From Candidatus Yanofskybacteria bacterium RIFCSPHIGHO2_01_FULL_44_17 (lineage in GTDB: Bacteria > Patescibacteriota > Minisyncoccia > 2-02-FULL-40-12 > IGHO2-01-FULL-4-A), in contig MGJI01000007.1 in NCBI GenBank assembly GCA_001794195.1, forward strand, positions 1-32,179: 32,179 bases of DNA, read 5' to 3'. Numbering within the stretch: position 1 is the first letter of the stretch; every line of letters begins with the position of its first letter. This document shows positions 26,363-32,179 of this stretch, in pieces. A model generated the notes under the pieces. The model was not told where the DNA came from, searched no databases, and was given only the letters and a program-made list of their open reading frames with translations. The translations under genes and the position numbers were made by a program.

Positions 26363-26572
26363 TCATTTTCTAAAAATTATCCTGCCCTTTGTTCCATCTG
26401 GACTTAATTCAAGCGTCACCTTGTCGCCTATCATTACCTTAATATAGTTAATTCTCATTTTGCCAGCCAAATATGCCAAAATCTCTCTGCCATCGTTCAG
26501 CTTAACCTTGAATTTCGTATCAGGCAGGGCGTCTATAATCGTTCCGTCCTCTTTTTGTTTTTGGTCTGACAA
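26363..26572 (-). CDS. infA: Translation initiation factor IF-1 (TTG start)
   Basis: ALP.T.F.V.L, AYLAGKMR.NYI, GD.V..E.SP, KGRII. Confidence 0.96.
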   Translation of the reverse strand: MSDQKQKEDGTIIDALPDTKFKVKLNDGREILAYLAGKMRINYIKVMIGDKVTLELSPDGTKGRIIFRK

Positions 26573-26685
26573 CCGTTAGTTATATGGAATGATAAAGAAA
26601 AAAACCAGATCTCGCTTGGAAATCAGGCCTATTCTAACCTTATTCCATTGTTCTAAAGTTTAGCAAAGGTAACTTGCAATGTCAA
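26573..26685 (-). promoter_or_regulatory. infA operon promoter and structured leader
   Basis: TTGACA(26685-26680)-N17-TAAACT(26662-26657); leader hairpin followed by a U-run. Confidence 0.65.
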
Positions 26686-26695
26686 ATCCGGCCCC

Positions 26696-28426
26696 CTATT
26701 CATTGTCTATAATGAGTTTAATTTTAGAGACATTTCTAGGAACGCTATTGACCCAAATTGGTGAGAATTTAACTCTGGTAGATTTAATTTCTTTGATATT
26801 TTTGAAGTATTCGCGGATGGCGTCGCTATTCATACCAGGAACATCTTTCAGAATTTTTTCTTGGTTAATTTTAGCCGCTGACTGGCCGGTTACTTTAATA
26901 TCAAATGACATCGCTGAGCCATCAGAGTTATTTTGCGGGTTAAGATAGGCTATCGTCAGATTCTTTTCCAATAACTCTGAATCGCCATTTTCGGTAACAT
27001 ACTTTTTTACTAGCTCAAGGATGTCCGTCTCGCGAAAAGCCATGGTGCTGGCCGTGCCTTTAATTTTTATTTCCAAAGCTTCTGCGGCCTCACCGACCCC
27101 GGCATTAGTTACCGGTGCATCAAATTTTATCTCCGTTGAGTCAAGTATTTTCAGATCGCCTGCCTGATCCTTGAGAGAGCGCAATATGTTTTCTTTCAAT
27201 TTTATCCTTAGCTCTTCTTGAGCTTTTGTGAGGTCTTCCTCCGTAATTACCTTGGAGGGACCGATTATACCGCCAGACATTGGCTCGTTTGATTTTGCAT
27301 AAAATTCATCAAACTTTGAGCTTCCCTCAAATCCAGGGATTGTAAATGTGGCCGGATCGATATTGTACTCTGCTCCGGCCTTGTCGGCGTAAATTACTGA
27401 TTCTCTACTACCTTCTTTTAAGTTTACACCTACACCCGTGGCTGGCGGAAGTTCTATGGTTTCCGGAATTCTATAAATTAACCCCGAAGGAGATTTAAAG
27501 CGAGTAGTTGCCACCAATCTTTGAGATGACGAACTCTTATTATAGATAGTAATTCTGCCTCTAGCTTTTTGTACAACTTCTTTTGTCCCGCTGGCTGTAA
27601 AAGTTCCTGACACCTCGTCCTTAAAGCCAAATCTTTGACCGGGGATGCGGTTAAAATCAAAATTAATTTCTGTTACCGAACTTAGCGCCGAGGCTTTAAT
27701 CTGAAAGCTAAGCTCTTTCTTTTGCGGCGTTATAATAATCTGAGCGCTGCCCAAGGTGGCATATAGTATCAAGATCAGAACCATACTTGCTCCGGCTACA
27801 AAAAACATCGGTGCTCTTTTTGTTATGCCGCCGCTGCGAGTTTTTAAGATATTGCGATTTCCATTTAAACCCTTAGCGTCTGAAGATTTTTGTGAGGCCC
27901 AGACTTGGGTTATATCGTCGGCAACATCGTGCCCTTGCTCCGGTTCTCGTCTCAACTCGATACTAAATGGTTTTATCTTAGAATCTTTTATCTTGATTTG
28001 ATGTTCTGTTTCTGGCCTGAAAATATCCTTGATTACTCTTAGTTGGCCAGGCTTTTTAGTGGCAGTAAGCATCGCCCTTTCTTCATTTCCTTCTTCGCTT
28101 ATACCAATTAGCTCGCTTGCAATAACTTTGGTTATTTGTTCTGGGCTCTCCGATTGCCTTTTTTTATTTTCAGGAGCTTCCAACAATTCAAGATCGTTTT
28201 GAGCGGCGAAGCCTATTATAACCGGATCGGCCGTCATAATACTCACGCGCTTGCTAGAAGAATCGGCCTCTCGCTTGATAGCGGTGAAATACTTCTCCTG
28301 TTTGGCGAATTTTGAACCCTTAGGAAAAACAAATATTACCTCGCTGGCATCAGTATTTTTGAATAAATCAAAAACTTCATCGAAGCCGTCTGATTTCAGT
28401 ACGTGTATTATTTTAGTTGAGCCCAT
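26696..28426 (-). CDS. Bitopic membrane protein with baseplate J/gp47-like external domain
   Basis: Central TM; KARG.ITIYN, TRF....GL, A...G.EYNI, F.IPG, M.GG recalled from a common CPR family. Confidence 0.7.
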   Translation of the reverse strand: MGSTKIIHVLKSDGFDEVFDLFKNTDASEVIFVFPKGSKFAKQEKYFTAIKREADSSSKRVSIMTADPVIIGFAAQNDLELLEAPENKKRQSESPEQITKVIASELIGISEEGNEERAMLTATKKPGQLRVIKDIFRPETEHQIKIKDSKIKPFSIELRREPEQGHDVADDITQVWASQKSSDAKGLNGNRNILKTRSGGITKRAPMFFVAGASMVLILILYATLGSAQIIITPQKKELSFQIKASALSSVTEINFDFNRIPGQRFGFKDEVSGTFTASGTKEVVQKARGRITIYNKSSSSQRLVATTRFKSPSGLIYRIPETIELPPATGVGVNLKEGSRESVIYADKAGAEYNIDPATFTIPGFEGSSKFDEFYAKSNEPMSGGIIGPSKVITEEDLTKAQEELRIKLKENILRSLKDQAGDLKILDSTEIKFDAPVTNAGVGEAAEALEIKIKGTASTMAFRETDILELVKKYVTENGDSELLEKNLTIAYLNPQNNSDGSAMSFDIKVTGQSAAKINQEKILKDVPGMNSDAIREYFKNIKEIKSTRVKFSPIWVNSVPRNVSKIKLIIDNE

Positions 28427-28494
28427 GCCTGACTTTATTATACCACAAAAGCCAGGTATTTAATCAACATGGCTCACCTGTTAACTGCCGGAGA

Positions 28495-30240
28495 CTAGTC
28501 AATGGTTGCGCGTATGCGCCTTGTGCCGGCAGAAACGGCTTCTTCTTTGGTTATTTTTAACTGACCGATTGCGCCAGTATTGGTTACATGCGGGCCGCCG
28601 CAAAGTTCGCGTGAGAACGGTACTTCGGCGGGCTCAGTGCCACCAATTGTAAATATATTCACAGTTGGTGGATATTTTAATTTGAAAAATGCCAGTGCAC
28701 CTGATTTGATCGCCTCCTCATATGACATCTCTTTTTTGGTAACTGTGTAATCTTCTTTGATGGCTCCGTTCACCATGTCCTCAACTTGTTTAATTTCTTC
28801 TGGAGTCATCTTGCGCGGAAATGTAAAATCAAACCTAAGCCTCTCGGCGGTAATGTCCGACCCTGCCTGATGGACTTCTTCGCCAAGTACCTTGCGCAGT
28901 GAGGCGTGCAGCAGGTGCGTGGCTGTATGCAGTCGAGTAACTTTGGCCAGTTCTTCTTCGTTGCCAGCCTTGAGCTCGCCAGTATCCAATATTAACCCAT
29001 GTCCACCGAATTTTTTTTTCGAACCTTCTCGAGATTTGGCTTGGTGTTTTTTAAACTCTTCGTCAAAAGATTCTCTCGTCAATTCGGTAGCTTTTTTCCC
29101 AGCAATTTCTTTGACTACTTCATATGGTAAGCCGAAACTTTCATACAGTCTAAAGGCTTCTGCTGCACCTACGCTGTCCATAATATCCAGCTCCTTTAAT
29201 CCCTGCTGAAGCGTTTTTTCAAATCTTTCTCTTTCACGGTCAAATTCATAAATTATTTCATTGGCATTTAGTTTCGGATAATATTGTCCATAAATCTCAA
29301 CAATCTTAGCAAAAATGTCATGCATCAACGTTTGATCCGACTTGGACATGTAATTAATGACTCGCCGCATTAATCGTCGTAGGACATAACCCTGATCCTT
29401 GTTTGACGGCCTTACGCCGTCAGAAATTAAAAATGAGATAGATCTGGCGTGATCAGCTACTATTCTTTTTGTTCGTATATCTAATTCGAGTGGCGCGAGC
29501 TTTATTATCGGTTCGAATAGGTCAGTTTCAAAAATATTATTTTTTTTCTGCATAACCATCGCCAGGCGTTCAAGGCCCATGCCGGTATCAATACCTGGCG
29601 ATTTCAACGGCTCAACGGCTTTTGCCGTTGAGCCGTTTAGGCAATAGTACTGATTAAACACCAAGTTCCAAACTTCAACCCCATTTACGTAAATTTCCGT
29701 TGTTGGTCCGCATGGGCCTTCGTCGCCAGTCGGTCCCCAAAAGTTATCTGACCTGCCCATTATCCTGACCCCAATATTTGAATTAAGTGATTTCCATATC
29801 TTTTCTGATTCTTCGTCGGCCGGTACTTCATTTTCTCCGGCGAATACCGAAACATAATCAATTTTTAGCCCTACTTCTTTAACTATAAAATCGTGGGCGT
29901 ATTCAATGGCTTCTTTCTTCCAATAACTTGTCCTGAGCATAGTTGAAGGACCTCCGAATGAAAAATTACCCAACATTTCAAAAAAAGTCAGATGAGATTC
30001 GTCCCCTACCTCATCTATGTCTGAGGTGCGTATGCATTTTTGAATTGAAGCGACATTCAATGAACCAAAATCTTTCATGGGGTCGGCTTCGCCGGTATAG
30101 TATGGCTTGAATTGCTGCATGCCGGCGGTAGTAAAGAGCACCGACGGATCAGTCGGCAAAAGTGAAGAGGATGGAACAATCTTGTGTCCTCTGCTCTCAA
30201 AAAACTTGAGAAATTTGTCACGAGTTTCAGCGTGGGTCAT
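28495..30240 (-). CDS. alaS: Alanine--tRNA ligase, compact form
   Basis: LFTTAGMQ, HLTFFEMLGNFSFG, GPCGP, DTGMGLER, HTATH, ELCGGPH. Confidence 0.97.
   Translation of the reverse strand: MTHAETRDKFLKFFESRGHKIVPSSSLLPTDPSVLFTTAGMQQFKPYYTGEADPMKDFGSLNVASIQKCIRTSDIDEVGDESHLTFFEMLGNFSFGGPSTMLRTSYWKKEAIEYAHDFIVKEVGLKIDYVSVFAGENEVPADEESEKIWKSLNSNIGVRIMGRSDNFWGPTGDEGPCGPTTEIYVNGVEVWNLVFNQYYCLNGSTAKAVEPLKSPGIDTGMGLERLAMVMQKKNNIFETDLFEPIIKLAPLELDIRTKRIVADHARSISFLISDGVRPSNKDQGYVLRRLMRRVINYMSKSDQTLMHDIFAKIVEIYGQYYPKLNANEIIYEFDRERERFEKTLQQGLKELDIMDSVGAAEAFRLYESFGLPYEVVKEIAGKKATELTRESFDEEFKKHQAKSREGSKKKFGGHGLILDTGELKAGNEEELAKVTRLHTATHLLHASLRKVLGEEVHQAGSDITAERLRFDFTFPRKMTPEEIKQVEDMVNGAIKEDYTVTKKEMSYEEAIKSGALAFFKLKYPPTVNIFTIGGTEPAEVPFSRELCGGPHVTNTGAIGQLKITKEEAVSAGTRRIRATID
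29928..29949. repeat. REP-like hairpin inserted in frame in alaS (adds PSTMLRTS)
   Basis: Sense strand GT-CCTTCAACTATGCTCAGGACAA-GT, 24 bp added inside the FSFGxY motif. Confidence 0.85.
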
Positions 30241-30242
30241 AT

Positions 30243-30404
30243 TTAAGAGCGTAGCTTTTTAATGACTCGGCGAATGAATTTAATAATAAAAAGTATGACA
30301 GCCAAAATCAAAAACAGCCACATAAGCCAGAGCGTGAGGCTTATGATTAGCCCAGCCACAAACAGTACCAAAAAAATTATAATTAATATTTCGAGTATTC
30401 CCAT
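30243..30404 (-). CDS. 53-aa very hydrophobic protein with basic tail (not in ORF track)
   Basis: MGILEILIIIFLVLFVAGLIISLTLWLMWLFLILAVILFIIKFIRRVIKKLRS; spans the gap from tRNA-His to alaS. Confidence 0.55.
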   Translation of the reverse strand: MGILEILIIIFLVLFVAGLIISLTLWLMWLFLILAVILFIIKFIRRVIKKLRS

Positions 30405-30478
30405 GGGGTGGCTAGAGAGAATCGAACTCTCGATACCAGGTCCACAACCTGGAGTTTTACCACTAAACTATAGCCACC
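30404..30478 (-). tRNA. tRNA-His (GUG), with G-1, C73 and CCA encoded
   Basis: Acceptor GTGGCTA/TAGCCAC, anticodon loop TTGTGGA, TTCGATT T-loop. Confidence 0.96.
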
Positions 30479-30486
30479 ATGTAATT

Positions 30487-30538
30487 ATTTTAACAAAATT
30501 TTGGTTTTAGGTCAAAAAAAGCCGCCTTTTACGGCGGC
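30487..30538 (-). terminator. murA terminator overlapping the tRNA-His promoter
   Basis: GCCGCC-gtaaaa-GGCGGC then 7 T; TTGACC(30515-30510)-N17-TAAAAT(30492-30487). Confidence 0.7.
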
Positions 30539-31905
30539 GGAAATTGTTTGGCCTCTACTTCAATTTTAGCGCCGATGGCGGCTAATTTTTCCGGAATATT
30601 TGCATATCCCCTCTCTAAATATTCAATACCGGAGATACAACTAGTTCCTTCGGCAATTAATGCCGCAATAATGTAAGCGAACCCGGCTCTAAGGTCAGGA
30701 ATGTGGATTTTTGATCCTGAAAGTTTGCTGGGGCCGCTAATCACACAACTGTGAAAATAATTTTTATCGTGGAAACGGCACGAAGCCCCCAAACAGAATG
30801 GCAGTAAATCTGTTTTAGCCCCCATCGTGTTGAGATCAGAAGTATAATCAAAACGTTTTTCGTAAACAGTCTCATGTATTACCGAAGTACCATTTGCTTG
30901 AGTGAGGGCAACCGCCAAGGGCTGTTGCCAATCTGTCATAAATCCAGGATGAACATCAGTTTCAATATGCACCGGCTGTATATTTTGTTTACTCTGGAAG
31001 AACATCATTCCGTCCGCACAGCATTCATATCCACCTCCGGCTAAACTAAATTTATCCAAAAAAGATGCCATATGCTCATCCGAGGCGTTTCTTATAAAAA
31101 TGCGGCCATTTGTAGCAAGCGCTAAGCTTGCAAAAGACGCTGCCTCTATTCTGTCTGGTATGGTATGGTGACTTGCTCCGTTCAAGCCCTCGACCCCGTT
31201 TATGGTAATGCATCGGTCGCCGTCTTTTCTGATTTTGGCGCCCATTTTTTGTAAAAAAATTATCGTGTCCCAAACTTCCGGTTCGATTGCCGCATTAAAT
31301 ATCGAGGTCACGCCTTTGGCTAAAACAGCGGCCAAGATTATATTTTCAGTCGCACCAACACTGGGATAGGGCAATACTATGTTAATTATCCCCTGTCCAG
31401 GTATGGAACTCGGCAGTACTAAACCTTTGCCAGTGGGCCCATTACCCATAGCGTCATAATCCTTATTGTCAGGAGAGCTTATTCTGGCTCCCATTGATTC
31501 GAGGGCGAGAAGGTGGAAATCTACCGGCCGGGAGCCAATTTTACAGCCACCTGGAATTGGTACGCTAGCCCGGCCGACTCTGTGCAGCAGCGGTCCAAGA
31601 AGTAAAATCGGTATTCGATTATAGCGTTGGAACCTCGGATTAACTCTTGCATATTTTATTTCCAACGTCTGGATTTTTAGGGTGTGCTCATCTAGCCACT
31701 CATAGACGCTGCCTAGCTCTCCTAGCATTTCTAGAACTTTGTCTATTTCCTTAATTTTGGGCACGTTGTTGAAAATACACGGTTCCGTAGTCAGAAGCGA
31801 TGCCACGAGCTGCTTGGTTATGGCGTTCTTGGCTCCAGTTACGCTTACTTCACCAGATAATGGAGCTTTGCCTGTTATTTTATAATATCTTCTGTCTGGA
31901 AGCAT
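30529..31905 (-). CDS. murA: UDP-N-acetylglucosamine 1-carboxyvinyltransferase
   Basis: GAKNA, PGGCKIGSRPVDFH, PSVGATEN, PDRIEA, HPGFMTD, DLRAG, ERGY. Confidence 0.96.
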   Translation of the reverse strand: MLPDRRYYKITGKAPLSGEVSVTGAKNAITKQLVASLLTTEPCIFNNVPKIKEIDKVLEMLGELGSVYEWLDEHTLKIQTLEIKYARVNPRFQRYNRIPILLLGPLLHRVGRASVPIPGGCKIGSRPVDFHLLALESMGARISSPDNKDYDAMGNGPTGKGLVLPSSIPGQGIINIVLPYPSVGATENIILAAVLAKGVTSIFNAAIEPEVWDTIIFLQKMGAKIRKDGDRCITINGVEGLNGASHHTIPDRIEAASFASLALATNGRIFIRNASDEHMASFLDKFSLAGGGYECCADGMMFFQSKQNIQPVHIETDVHPGFMTDWQQPLAVALTQANGTSVIHETVYEKRFDYTSDLNTMGAKTDLLPFCLGASCRFHDKNYFHSCVISGPSKLSGSKIHIPDLRAGFAYIIAALIAEGTSCISGIEYLERGYANIPEKLAAIGAKIEVEAKQFPPP

Positions 31906-32004
31906 TTTTGCGCCCCTCTATTTTTTAATGTTCAAATTTACTGAATAATATAGCTATTCCAATTTACTTTCAATGGCAAAAGGGTTATAATGAGGGCTTA
32001 TATT

Positions 32005-32076
32005 CCCCTCGTAGCTTAATGGATAAAGCAGGACTCTTCTAAGGTCTTGATGGGGGTTCGATTCCCTCCGAGGGGA
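32005..32076 (+). tRNA. tRNA-Arg (UCU), CCA not encoded
   Basis: Acceptor CCCCTCG/CGAGGGG, loop CTTCTAA, A20, GGTTCGATT. Confidence 0.94.
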
Positions 32077-32089
32077 CACTTTATAAAAG

Positions 32090-32160
32090 CGGGCCGTGGT
32101 GTAACGGTAGCACGAGACGTTTGGGACGTTTTAGTCCGAGTTCGAATCTCGGCGGCCCGA
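32090..32160 (+). tRNA. tRNA-Pro (UGG), CCA not encoded
   Basis: Acceptor CGGGCCG/CGGCCCG, loop TTTGGGA, GTTCGAATC. Confidence 0.95.
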
Positions 32161-32179
32161 CTGACGAACGAAGGTGAGG

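Noticed and set aside
26696-28426. Prophage or contractile injection locus
   Set aside because: No other phage or tail genes; both neighbours are housekeeping genes.
30262-30510. 82-aa plus-strand ORF
   Set aside because: Antisense to tRNA-His; WLERIELSIPGPQPG is just the translated tRNA complement.
1-32179. Alternative genetic code, or an autonomous transposase/integrase
   Set aside because: TGA ends conserved genes at expected positions (infA, rplQ) and Trp/Gly use standard codons; no DDE, Y1, tyrosine or serine recombinase motifs were recognised, so any mobiliser must lie elsewhere.

Overview
Chromosomal segment of a small-genome bacterium, most likely Patescibacteria/CPR (Parcubacteria-like). 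That call is inferred from RpoA lacking its C-terminal domain, a ~580-aa AlaRS, a stand-alone baseplate-J-like membrane protein and many apparently leaderless genes; genetic code 11 (TGA used as stop). Core content: partial gltX, M23 murein hydrolase, NDH-2, a PD-(D/E)XK nuclease, rpmA, rplI, ctpA, a cell-surface glycosylation locus (3 GT2, 2 GT4, LCP, O-antigen-ligase-like), mreB, an infA-rpmJ-rpsM-rpsK-rpsD-rpoA-rplM-rplQ-rpsI block, alaS, murA and tRNAs His, Arg and Pro. Three unusual layers sit on top. (1) Several families of small palindromic inserts with no transposase in the window: some are in frame inside gltX, alaS and ndh, one duplicates the infA/rpmJ ATGA overlap, and a ~190-bp branched repeat occurs twice, each copy ending in the reverse complement of its own host gene's 3' end. 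(2) Degenerate 7-nt tandem tracts lie in frame in many genes. (3) Small ORFans are wedged, often antisense, between core genes, with canonical sigma70 promoters, SD sites and in several cases a boxA-like motif. All calls come from reading the sequence by eye; no searches or folding were run.
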